Source of the DNA: Convolutriloba macropyga
Lineage: Eukaryota
Length of the DNA stretch: 64,000 bases
Assembly (NCBI RefSeq): GCF_964194025.1
Contig: NC_134470.1
Location: forward strand, 73,594,001-73,658,000
Reading direction: 5' to 3'
Shown here: in pieces, positions 50,701 to 62,324 of the stretch
Position numbering within the stretch: position 1 is the first letter of the stretch
How the letters are laid out: the number at the start of each line of letters is the position of its first letter
Made by a program: the position numbers and the translations under genes
Notes under the pieces: generated by a model
What the model was told of the DNA's origin: nothing
Database searches by the model: none
Seen by the model: only the letters and a program-made list of their open reading frames with translations

Positions 50701-51303
50701 ATTGATAGATAGTGATTCATTTCAAATTTTTTTTTTGTTATTTTGTCGTTTCTTTCGTTGTTTACTTTTTCTTTCATCTCTTCTCATTAATGGTGGATCC
50801 TATTGGCGTTTCTTAAAGCGTTATTCCTGTTAATGATTTTTTATTTTCGAAACTCAAGGTTTTTAACGAATTTGTCAATGTGTCAAAACTTGGTTTTTAC
50901 ACCATTTGCATTTTTACGCTTGTCTGCATTTGTTGCTACTTTTGTTACGTGGCCCCCAATAGTTGTTTTTTGTTTTAATATAACTTGATATATGCTTCTA
51001 CCTGTAGATAACGGGAAAAAATGAAGAGTTCAGTTTTTCTTGGCATATTTCAAAGACTTCGATGCCACTTATTTGTAATGAAATCAATCGTAAAACAAGT
51101 TTTTGTCAAATGTTTGTTGTCTTTTCACTTCGACTCTCGGTGGTTTTCTGCAAATTTAGCTATAGGCTTCTAAGCTACCACTGTGTAAAAGTTTTTCGAA
51201 GCTGCCGATGTTTGACTGAACATTTTTGATAACTCTACTTCTCTAAAATTGAAGGAAAATGAATTAGTTTATAGATTTTTGTAGTATCGGTTTACTTTCG
51301 TGG
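47773..51303 (+). repeat. Older tandem duplication R4 (~47773-49525; ~49579-51303)
   Basis: Colinear ~1.75-kb units with shared blocks such as tattggtgttcctgttttatcgttcttacttaccgttctataactcggac; visibly more diverged than R2 or R3. Confidence 0.92.
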
Positions 51304-52149
51304 ACGTTTTGGTTTGTGATTTGTTCATTCTGAGGCAGCTATTTCTTGATTGTTAGGATTGTTTTTCTCTGGATTGTTTTTCAGGACTTCTCTTGCTATG
51401 TTTTTAATTTGTTGAGATTTTGTTCAAAACGATTAATTGTTTCCTCAAATTAAATCAGACTCTTTCTAATACGGTCAAGGCTATTATGGAATTTGTTATT
51501 CGCGCTGTTAAGTACTTAATTATTACCGTTCGATGCGAAACGAAAATGACAAAACGAAAATTCTGTCGAGCGTTTAAACCAAGGTAGAGGAAGAGCTTCT
51601 AAAATCTTCTGGAGTAAAGGAGGAGAACAACAAAACGGCGTATTCCAGCAATCTTGCATAATCAGTATTGTAGCTCCGCTCTCTGCAATTGCAAAGCCTG
51701 ACTACAATGTTGTATTAGAAAATCTGTTCGATTACAGCAACGAAAGCACCTAGTTGTCCAGAAGTCCACGATAGTATAATGATACCTGATTGTCTACTTT
51801 TACTTCCTGGAAATGGGTTGGTTTGTATCGAAATAAAGTGAAAAACTCCAGACAAACATCAGACAAAAAAATGTGTTAGATGTTCCTATCTCAGCTACTA
51901 AATCCTGTATGAAAGACTGAAAACCTGCAATGCAGGATCATCAGAGATGTCTACAAATCCTGTTATGCAATAGTGACATTTTCGTAATTTGTTTTACAGG
52001 AACCCCTAAGTTTTTCGAAACAACATTTTTGTTAAAAGACGTCGTGTTCACTGAACTGATGCGTTGTTGACGTAAAGACAGTCGAAGTTGAAATAGTAAG
52101 CTCATTCGCAAAAAAATGAACCCGTACCTGACTCAAAAGCAAATTCAGT

Positions 52150-52395
52150 GCTGAATCAGAGTAAAATTCAGAAATTATCAGTACTGATTCAGACTCTGAT
52201 TCATGTCACATTTCGCTCTGAATTCCTCTGATTCAGAGTCTGATACAGACTCTGAATCAGACTCTGATTCAGACTCTGATTTTTGTCTGAATCAGACTCT
52301 GACTCAGACTCTGATTTTTCTCTGATTCAGACTCTGATTCAGACTGTGATTTTTCTCTGATTCAGACTCTGATTCAGACTGTGATCTTCTCTGAA
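52150..52395. repeat. Minisatellite of a palindromic 12-mer (TCTGAWTCAGAC)
   Basis: Many TCTGATTCAGAC/TCTGAATCAGAC units interspersed with TCTGATTTTT variants. Confidence 0.9.
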
Positions 52396-54291
52396 ATAGG
52401 GAAAATTCATAACTATGTTCATGAGCCAAGCTAGGTTTTACCATTGCTTTCGCTCTCAGGTCCTTAAAATATACAAATTCATACAATACCTGTAAAAATT
52501 GAAGAAAATTATAAAATAGGTTTTCGGAAATCTCCTCAAGTCAAGTTAAAGACTTACTTTTTGAGATTTTCCAGTATGTTCTGTGTGGTTTAAACCCTCC
52601 TCCTTTTTCATTCCGGGCTGGGGACCGGCAGTGGCGGAGTTACTGAAATAAACTCTAGGAAAACTGGTATAGCATGGTATAAAAAACCAAGCTTGAACAA
52701 TTTTCCAAAACAAAATAAACAAAATAATGACAACTTTTTTTCAAATAGGCACATTCTGACCAAATCTTTTACTGATTCACAGTTCACATAGTCCATACAA
52801 CTGGTTCTAAACCAAAAATCCCGGAAAATTGCAACTTCTCTAAATAATGACAACTTTTTTTTAAATAAACACATTATGATTTTGGTCTGATCAGAGGTCA
52901 CTTCCGTCTGGGATTGTCTGATCAGCGACAGCTTTATACGCAGTTTGACGAAGTTGCGAGCGCTCATCAGTCTGGCCAGAATTTAAGCCGGTCTGAGTCC
53001 GTCCGGAACCTCAACCTGGTAAAACGTGGGCCGCTACGCCAAATTGTCTCTGAAAGTGAAGATTTGTTATTTGGTTTTAAAAAATTCAACTTAAGTTCCA
53101 GAACCAATTTTCTTCGTAAAGACCGCCTCTTCAAAAGACCACAAAATTCGCTGTTGTTCAAAAACTTCTGCTCACGATAAATTGCAAAATCACTTTCTAT
53201 CGCTTTCAATATGCGAGTGTTTCAAAACTGTGGTTACATACTTACATACTGTACGGAGGGAAGTAACGGAACAAATTCACTTTCTTCTGTCATAACCTTT
53301 GTCTTCTAAAATTAAAACATTAGCAGTATTTTATAAAACTAAACTTTCTGCAGAAACCTGGGCAACAGTTGACTGAATAGATTGTCAGCGGCCCGTCGGT
53401 TCATTTTGCCCAACATCAAGATAGGCTATCAGAAGGCTCCTAAAACAATGTTAGGCTGATGTAGTTCAGTAATTTTCAATAGAAAATACCAGATTAGAAG
53501 CATTCAGTAGAATAACACGAGCTGCATTCTCAGCTTAATCATCAAAACAATTAAGACCAAACCGAAGAAACGCTTTATAGCAAACATTTGAATGACAAGT
53601 CTCGTCGCCGTCTTGAGGAGTTATATGTGGTTGAGTGACTTAGGCAACCAAAGCCAATAAACTGCCGAGGAAAAACAAAACAGTTGAACTAAATCGGTCA
53701 ACATGTTTTAACCTGCATTTCAATTTGAAGCCCTTACTTTTTTATTAGCTGAAAGAGTTGAATAAATTGAACAAGTAACCTTACAGCTATAGTTCAAGAC
53801 GCTAAAGAAAAACTAAAGAAAATTCTTATTTTTCGGTATTCAGAAGTAATTTGTTTCTTAATAGAACCATATTTGTAGAAAGTTTGCAATTTCAACATAA
53901 ACTGTACCACGAATTGCAGATTCCATGGTCAAGACCGGATGGTTTTCTTGCAGTTATTTGTCAGATTTTGATCTTCCGAAATGTCACAGAAAATTATTGT
54001 CTTGCACGATTCTTTCAGAAGATGGTTTATATTGCAAAAACTATCACAAAACAATTGGCAGAATCTGCCAGAAGAACGACTATTTTGTAAAATTCTGGGA
54101 GCAAATTGGTTGCCTTGCAAGCTTCCGATAAGATCATAAGAGTTAGTTCCAGTTGAGCTGTAATTTAATTGACTGATAAAAGTCACTCTGTCCATTTTAA
54201 TTAAATATTTGAACGTTCAGAAACTTCGATTTATGCCTTCGAGAATCTTTCCGCTGCAGGAAAAACTGATTAAAGAACTCAAGTCATACTG

Positions 54292-54345
54292 GCGAATAAG
54301 CGAAAGAAGCGAAGGCGAAAAGGCGAAGGCAAAACAAGCAAAGAT
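54292..54345 (+). repeat. Short degenerate GCGAA repeat
   Basis: gcgaataagcgaaagaagcgaaggcgaaaaggcgaaggcaaaa. Confidence 0.6.
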
Positions 54346-56649
54346 AATTCGAAGTTGGTCTTTTATTAGTTAAGCCTCAGTGAACTTTCTAATTAAAAAA
54401 TTAGAAACTAAACTGTTACTATTCAATTCTGTTACTCTTTTGCTAGCCATAATTAGCTCATTTTCACACGTTGTCCACTTTTATATTCCACTTTTGTTTT
54501 ATTTTGTCCACTGTTGCAGTATCTAATTACCAAGATAGTGTGAAATAGGTTGAAATGAAAGAAAGTTTAATTGGTGATAAATTTTAGAAGTGACCCTCCC
54601 GAAAATATTTGCGGATTACAGAGACAATTGGCAGTTTTGCAATTGCTTCATTATTCACAAGAACAAATAAATTTTGAATTTGGTCTCAAGTGGTTGCAAT
54701 TGATATTATGACAATTAAGTTTTTGGCCAATTACATGCTCAAAGCTGTGGAAAAGGGCTAGTAACAACATTTATGTTTTTGGGAAAATTTTGGATTTTTG
54801 GAATTGGCCACATAATTTTCTGATTTCGTCGGCCATTTTAAAACGTTTTTTAACCTGAACAAAAAATATGTACTCTTGTTGCTGAAAAAGAATCTGACGG
54901 TTAACAAGGAACAAATATACTCAGCAGTAGTTATTTCACAGAGCCCATATTGCAGCCAAGTTATTTAAATTCTTAAAAAACAATTTTTCAGTCTGAAAAA
55001 AATTGACATTAAATTTCCTCTGATTGATAAATGCATATCAGTTGACTCCCAAAAGATGTCTCCACTTTGCTCATTTATTTTTACCCCATTCATTAACGTT
55101 AAAACTAATTAGTGAAATTAAAAGTAGTGCAAAATTTGAAAGAGTAATTTGAAAACTTGTTTACTGATTTCTTAAGACAAATGTCAATTAGAATATCTAA
55201 TTTTTACACTCTGAAGTTTCCATGTATTTTTTCAACAAAAATTGCATCAAGTTGCAAAAAATATGCGCATTTTGTGAAATAGAACCAAATGGTGTCTGCT
55301 TTAAAGAGAATTTCAGATACTTATTTCCGTAGAAATTTGATGGCTTGAGTAAAATTTTTTGAACCTGTTTTTAAATGGAAATTGAAATAGGATAAAGGAT
55401 TACGAAAATAAAGCTCCCTTGGAAAGTTAAAAAGCGCAATAAAATGAACGTCTTATATGTCATTATTTTATTTTCTGTGATTTAAAAAATAATTTTTTTT
55501 AAACAAAATTTTAGTTGAAAACTTTTGTGGCACATCAAAATACAAAAATTACAAATGCTGATTTAACATTTTTGACATGCTACCACCAAAAATGAGTTGA
55601 AATAACTCAGTCTCCAATTTAATGATGATTTCATTATTTCTAGCAATAAAACTAATTTGAATCTAATGTTCTTTCAAGTTTCTTGATGTTTTTAATTGCA
55701 AAGCAAAATGAACAGCTGATTTTGACAAGAAGTTGAAGGAAAAAGACAAAGTACAACAACACAACAGAACGCATTGCAAATGAAGTTTCGCAGACGAACA
55801 GATAGGTGCAATAGTCTAAACAATCTAGGTCAGAACAACTTCAGAACAAATTTGAACTGGCGTCACAGCCATAACCGGAACAGCGCCTCGGTTTTCTAAG
55901 TTTTTATTCCTGTTACTTTTCCTGAGCAAATGCGCTCTACAGGAAGACTGTTTTCTACAACAAACTGAAAACCATTTGAAGTGCGAAACAAAATTAACGC
56001 ACAATAGAGGATGCAGATTGCCGCTTATGGCCTCAAAAATTTTTGATGCCCAGTGGGTTTCAGCAATGTGTTCGCTGAAAAACCAAGGCAAAAATATAAA
56101 AATGAAACTTTAAACCGCCATAAAACAGTATCCGATTTCAAAAAACCTAGGTGACAAAGTTTTCAAAACCTGGATGAAAACAAATAAGTCACTAACGCGA
56201 CTGCTATCCAATGTTTGCTAGAAATAACGACTAGAATGCTAAAAAATGGAGTTTTAAATCCCTCCAGGACAATATCCGGGGCCGATTTAGCATTGATCTT
56301 ACATAATTTTCCGTTTCTAAGCGTATATATTACTAATATTTCCGTTGAATTTTGTTTTCCATGCGTAGATCTTACTTAATTTTGGCGTTTCTAATTCTTA
56401 TTTAGTTCTCTAACATAAATTCACTGTTTATGTTTTATCCTAGATCTGACGTATTTAAGACACTAATTTAGCGTTCAGCTTACATAAACTCAACAATTCA
56501 ACTTTTTGCATTGTTTGAACTTGAATAAAAAGCGCTCAAATTAACGTTTCTGGGTCTGACAAACAATTGGTGATCTTCATCAAACTAAACCTTGAGTTTA
56601 TTTTACAAATCTTTCGGATTTTAAAGTATTGAATTTGTGTTCCTAGTGC

Positions 56650-57560
56650 GAAATAAGGGTTAAGCAAGTTTTATTTACCGAATTCATCCTCCCAACAGCC
56701 TAGCTGCCGAAACAGTATAATTGCTGTTGTGATGATGAGTGACACAAGCCACCCAACGGTTCGATTTTCATAACAAAAATGTTATGAAGTCATTAGAGTC
56801 AGGTCAACGTGTTGTGTAGACTCTACCACATCCGCAAAGAGCGAATTTCTGATGTTCACTTATTGCTCTAGGAGATTATTGGTTTTTCGAACTTTTGGAG
56901 ATTTGATGGGTTAAAATACGTATTTGTAGACATTTTGAAAAGGTTTTGGGTTAAAATGAGAGATATTTCAACGGGAAACCTGGTTTGGGAGGAACCGATT
57001 GTATATAGACTTTAAATAAATCAGCAGGAATAGTTAACCTACCATCGGTCGATAGTTTACACTCATCTGATTGCATCAAAATCAATTTACTTGAACAGGT
57101 GATGGCAGATACAAAGTGATGATACTTTTGTGTTCCACGTGAAGTTGAGTTTTAGAAATGGTTGAGAAAACGCAGGAAACAATATTTTCTTATAAATTGT
57201 TGTGATACTCAGCCAGAGGAACTCATTATGTGTACGGCAATTGCGCTGTATTATACGACACTTGCAATCGCGTCAGGTTTCCACTACCACTAGCACGAAT
57301 TGATTTATCTAAGTCGAGTCAGTAGTTGAAAGTCGTTGCGTTTCCACTTACTCGCTTGATACAGCTCAGTGGAAAGAAAAATGAGAACAGATAAAGTTCA
57401 CGATTAAAATGAGCAGTATGAATTAGGATTAAATGTGGGTTGCGTGAACAGATCACTTCTTCGTTAGAATGAATTGGAAAATTAATGTATGTGAACAAAG
57501 GCATGAATAATTTCAAAGTCAAGGAAACTTAATTTGGTACAAAATTAATTACTCTCTGTA
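56650..57560 (-). mobile_element. Highly decayed Gypsy-like pol fragment
   Basis: 57434-57560 is a diverged copy of 60101-60220, which adjoins the Gypsy fragment there; weak peptide resemblance (DVVESTQHVDLTLMTS). Confidence 0.35.
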
Positions 57561-57561
57561 G

Positions 57562-57694
57562 NNNNNNNNNNNNNNNNNNNNNNNNNNNNNNNNNNNNNNN
57601 NNNNNNNNNNNNNNNNNNNNNNNNNNNNNNNNNNNNNNNNNNNNNNNNNNNNNNNNNNNNNNNNNNNNNNNNNNNNNNNNNNNNNNNNNNNNNN
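57562..57694. other. Assembly gap (133 N)
   Basis: Run of N. Confidence 1.
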
Positions 57695-58329
57695 CTAATA
57701 ATGTGCGTTTTCACTGGTTATCATAGATAGTGATAATAATAACTTACATATTTACTGCGTTTGCAGATTAGAAATACCTACTCTCAAACAGCGGATTGAA
57801 GACATTCAATCAGAACAGCTATAAAGGGAGAAATTAATTATGAAAAAGTGACACGTTTCCAGTAATGGATTAGCAATAGCTTTCAACTAGCAGCAGAGTG
57901 CATTAATCTTTGAGAATTACATCAAACTGTACATTAACTTAGTTGTACTATAATTTAAGCAATTTGGAATGCCAGGAGAACTGATGATTAACTAAAGAAA
58001 CATTATTTTAGAATTTTATTTGTACGGAAGATTAAAATTGGTTTTCATCATTAAAGACCGACGTTCTTATTTCTCTCTCATGGTCTTCGTAGCTATACAG
58101 AGTTGACGAGGTGTCTAATGTAACGATCGCTTGATTCGGTTACAGAGCTTACGTTGCTTTGTCATTCAAAGCGATAACAATTTAATAATTGTGGGCCACG
58201 GCGTTGACGTTTCCCAGTTGATATAGATGGAGTCGCTTTGGCATAGGATGAACATGTGGTACCGCTAGTGCGACGAGTTCATAAATGGTGCTACTTTGTG
58301 GGCTTTCTAGCGAATTATGGATTTAGAGA

Positions 58330-58870
58330 TGTCGGATTTTGGTGAGAGACCCAGGTGGTGTTGCCAAGCTGACGATGACATACTTTTGCCTCACCTCTGT
58401 ACTTTTTTTTCAGCTCCTTCGTATGTTTATTGATTTTCTCCTCCCATCTTTTCATAAGGTAGAGGCCGACATTGAGCATATTGCCACAAAAATTGTGCTC
58501 CACTCTCCTTTGGTGCCGAGTTTTACTAACACGAATCTTTTTGATTATTGGGACACCTGGCTCTTTGATTATTGATGTAGTCGGCTAGTTGCGAGAGACA
58601 ATTGAACCGGAACAAGGGTTTCATAGAATCCTTGAAGATCTTGTGTCGAGCTTTTGCTGACTTCATGGGCAAGCTTGAGTTCTAATGAGCGTTCGGTACA
58701 TGGAATAGGGTTAGTCTACTTGGGATGGAGGTTAAAACGAAAGTTAGACTTATTCTTTTGGCCATATCTGCGGCCGTCATCCACATGCACCCGTGTCACC
58801 TCCTCCTCCTTTACGAAGTTGCTTCTCTACATAGTGAGCCAACCGTTGTCTTCCAGGTAATCAGCGACAG
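58330..58870 (-). mobile_element. Gypsy polyprotein C-terminal (post-integrase) remnant
   Basis: Minus-strand peptides PIPCTERSLELKLA..QDLQGFYETLVP...IKEPG.P...EEKINKHTKELKKKYRGEAKVCHR resemble, from memory, tails downstream of Gypsy integrases. Confidence 0.55.
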
Positions 58871-59559
58871 GTACGGTATTATTGTATAAATAGTGATTTA
58901 AAATTTTTCCATAAAACAAATTTGTGCAGTTGGATTCAGAGTTATATCAATAAGTGGTATCTTGAGATATCTTCCCAAGTATGCTGGGAAATGTGATACT
59001 TTTGTGGTCTTTGTTTTACAGACAACCAATTGATAATCTATTGCTTTGATTGACAAATTTAATGTTTTTGATGTACATGCTCCCCATTTTTCTTTAAATT
59101 GTTTTTATTAACCTTTCAACTAACGCTATTATTCCATGATCATTAGCTGGTGCAGTAATTATATTTATGATTTTGTTTAAAAATGAATCAACTTACTCGA
59201 TCTAATCGGATGATTCGAAGTACATTGTTTATATATATGTATTCTTCTAAAAATATCACAACATTGGACGATTACTTCTAGGGTCCGGTTCTCTGAATCT
59301 TGATCAAAACACGCATAGAAATGGACGTTTTCAGTCTCCTCTTTTAATGTCAGTCCCATATATTTTATTTGTATTTCTCCATTAGCTTCAGAATTGTAAT
59401 GGTTTCTACGTTGATGCTGGTGTTACAGATTTAAGATTCTTACGAATATCAGTACAGTGTTTACACATCGCGGCCATTTTCAGCAAAGATTTTAAATGAT
59501 ACCAAAATTCATCACTGGCAAAGGGAAATCGATCCACAGCTGCCAGTACGAAAAATATG

Positions 59560-60220
59560 TAACGACTGGAAGACCTCTTTGGGATCGCCACGCATTCGTG
59601 TATACAGACGCATCTCGGACAATAATGTAGATCCCAACAGAACAAGTGCAGGTGGGGAGTTAAGTCCTTGCAGCACTGCTTGTCATTCTGATAGGTGCAG
59701 TTTCTCATCTCCTTGAGGACGACATCTTCAGTCTTCAGCACAGCCAGGCAACTGGTTGTGAAGAACTATGTGTGATTGATTTCATATATTTTTTCACGGG
59801 ACACTTCGATAGCAGGCGAAGATCGGTCCGCTGATGTACTTGCTACGTTGACATTCTTGGTTGTAGACTGGAAAGTCACACGTCCTGGTTCAGCCGGTGG
59901 AGTAACAGGTGAAGTATTTATGTTGCTCACGTCGAATTTAGAAGTTGGATGGAATAGCGCTGCGTTTGCAGATTTCTTTTGAATCAACTGAGTTGTGCGA
60001 CAGATATGGTCGAAAAAATTCAGAATTGTTTACAATAGGAGTATTAATGGCACGAGTGGCACAACTAAATTTCAAATTAGCAGAACGAATTGGGATTAAA
60101 GTGGGTTGTGTTAACAGATCACTTCCATGCAAGGCTTGAGGTAAAATTGATGTAATTGAACAAAGTCATGAATAATTTCAAATTTCAAGGAAACGTAATT
60201 TGGTTCAGAATTATCTTCTG
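59560..60220 (-). mobile_element. Gypsy pol remnant (region preceding the integrase zinc-binding domain)
   Basis: LAVLKTEDVVLKEMRNC..QND...CKDLTPHLHLFCWDLH...CVCIHECVAIP fits the 'D..L..I....WxDL.V..GC...D.R..IP' motif that precedes HHCC in Gypsy pol. Confidence 0.65.
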
Positions 60221-61145
60221 TATTACAACGTTAATCATTTTTTGAGGGAAAACCAGCAGTAAATGAGCAAAGAGTGAGATTTTTTAAGGATATTAGGTGA
60301 GCGTCTGGTAATTATATTTTTAAGATCTCAAAACTGGCCGATTTATCTGGCTGATTGCCGAGGAAGAGGAAATGGTTAAAAAAGTTGAAAGGGACAGTCA
60401 AACGAATTGCATTCTAATAAAAAGGAATTCCGCATAACCATTGATGGACAATCGCCGATCCCAAGAAGTGAAAGTTAAACGAAAGGCAACTTAGTGCAAA
60501 AAAAGTTTTACCTTGAATTCCCAATTTTTCCAAGAACTGCAACGTATTGTATATATTGGCAATTTTAAAAACGATCACGAAAAAAAAGAACGTTGCTGCA
60601 AAAACACCAAAAGTACAATGACTTTGCGAAACACCTGTAATGACAACCTTTAGAATTGATGTTGACAATTTCAACGGCGTTCATCCTTGAAAATTCCTCG
60701 CAATGAATAGAACAAGGTTTTGCACAATTAAACAGGACAAAACAGCGAATATATTCAACGATTACACTTCCAACGGCAACCTCATTATGTGGCCAGAATT
60801 AAAAAAAACGTGCTCGATTTCCAGGACCCATGTTTCAAGATTAGAGGTGTAAGCCTTTGTTTAAACATTAGGCTTCTTCAGTTCATATTTGCTTGAAATT
60901 AACCCTTTTCCATGGATACATTGTCTAGTTTTCAAATGGGAGAATCCAAGTTCGTGATTAGTTTTGGAAATGTCCTTCTCGATACTAATTGTGAATCTAT
61001 AAAACAATTAGATTCTCAAAAACGTTTTGTTTCCGCAAACCATGAAATATACTAAAATTTGCCTTTTTGTAGCAACAGTACCAAGAACGAGAACAACAAC
61101 AACAGCAGCAGAACACGTAACACCGTCAATACCAGCAAAAAAATA

Positions 61146-61316
61146 GGATCTATTCTGTTTCGCCCCCTCCCCCAGTGTTTTCTATGACCCCCAATTACAA
61201 ATTATAATTTCTTATATAGCACGTTATAATGTAGGAATTTAGCGCGTGCGCATGAGGGTCCAAAAAAGTTTTTGCTCACTAAGCTGGGGGGGGGGGGGGG
61301 AGAACAGAATAGATCC
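61146..61316. mobile_element. Merlin-like MITE
   Basis: TIRs GGATCTATTCTGTT...AACAGAATAGATCC with internal C/G runs; flanks AAAAAATA/CAAAAACA match 6/8; inverted relative to 62155-62324. Confidence 0.88.
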
Positions 61317-61438
61317 CAAAAACAAGGGGCCCGTAGGCATAAAGAACTTAATTTAGGGGCGAGACATGAACCCTCGCCAGCAATTATTCATTTCTGTTAT
61401 CTTCAATACTATGGTATGTAGAGCCGTTATAAATGAAG

Positions 61439-61734
61439 GGATTCTTTTCCGTTTGTGCCGCCTCATCATAGTGGGCGCATTTTATTTGCACCTCTCAGAA
61501 GCACGTTTATTTTTTTACATAATGATTTACCATGTAATGACTCATGCTCTGTAATTGGGGAGCTCGTGTATTTTTGAGGAGCACCCCCCAGAAGGTGGGA
61601 GCACCCCCCCCCCCCCAGAAGCACGTGTATTTTTTACATTATGATTTACCATGTAATGACAAGTGCTCTGTAACTGGGGGTGCATAACGTACTGGGGTTG
61701 CATAACGTACTGGGGGTACAAACGGACAAGATAC
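61439..61734. mobile_element. Related MITE variant with internal duplication
   Basis: Ends ggattcttttccgtttgtgcc / ggtacaaacggacaagatac; internal repeat cagaagcacg...ctctgtaa.tgggg twice and tgcataacgtactgggg twice. Confidence 0.7.
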
Positions 61735-61745
61735 ATTCTTCTTTT

Positions 61746-61933
61746 GGATATATTCTGTTTCGCCCCCCCCCCCCCAGTGTTTTTTATGACCCCCAGAGAG
61801 CACCCTCCTCAGTATGCTATGCCCCCCAATTACAGAGAACGTGCCATTGGAAAATATAATATTTGGCACGTGCGTCTGGGGGGTTCAAATAACAGGCACC
61901 CACTAAGCTAAAGGGCACAAACGGAAGGGATCC
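61746..61933. mobile_element. Related MITE variant with mixed ends
   Basis: Left end ggatatattctgtttcgcccc; right end gggcacaaacggaagggatcc; 61866-61933 is an inverted copy of 61439-61510. Confidence 0.75.
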
Positions 61934-62154
61934 GATATTTCCTTATTCTTATAGATAGAGAAATCTCAGACAGTGGCATTTATATTCTTCGCTCTTTCAT
62001 AGTTTTGTTTTTCCAGAGCTCAGAACAAATCTCACCAACAATCCAGTGAAAAGGACTGAAATCAAAAATCACAGAAAATGAACCCACTCATTATTTGCCG
62101 TAGCCATGTTCCGAAGGATTGTGAAAGCGACTAATTCTACTGCAAGAAAGATAC

Positions 62155-62324
62155 GGATCGATTCTGTTTTGCCCCCCCCCCTCCCCCAGCTGAGTGGGCA
62201 AAAATCTTTTATGACCCTCTGGCGCACGTGCTATTTTTTTACATAGTAACGTGCTATATAACAAAATATAATTTGTAACTGGGGGTCATAAAAACACTGG
62301 GGGGGGGGGGAACAGAATGGATCC
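62155..62324. mobile_element. Merlin-like MITE with 8-bp TSD
   Basis: TIRs GGATCGATTCTGTT...AACAGAATGGATCC; flanks AAAGATAC/AAAGAGAC match 7/8. Confidence 0.9.

Noticed and set aside
52150-52395. CRISPR-like array
   Set aside because: No unique spacers, no cas genes, eukaryotic context.
52950-52975. Minus-strand CTGATGAGCGCTCGCAAC as a hammerhead core
   Set aside because: It lacks GAAA and has no convincing stems I or III.
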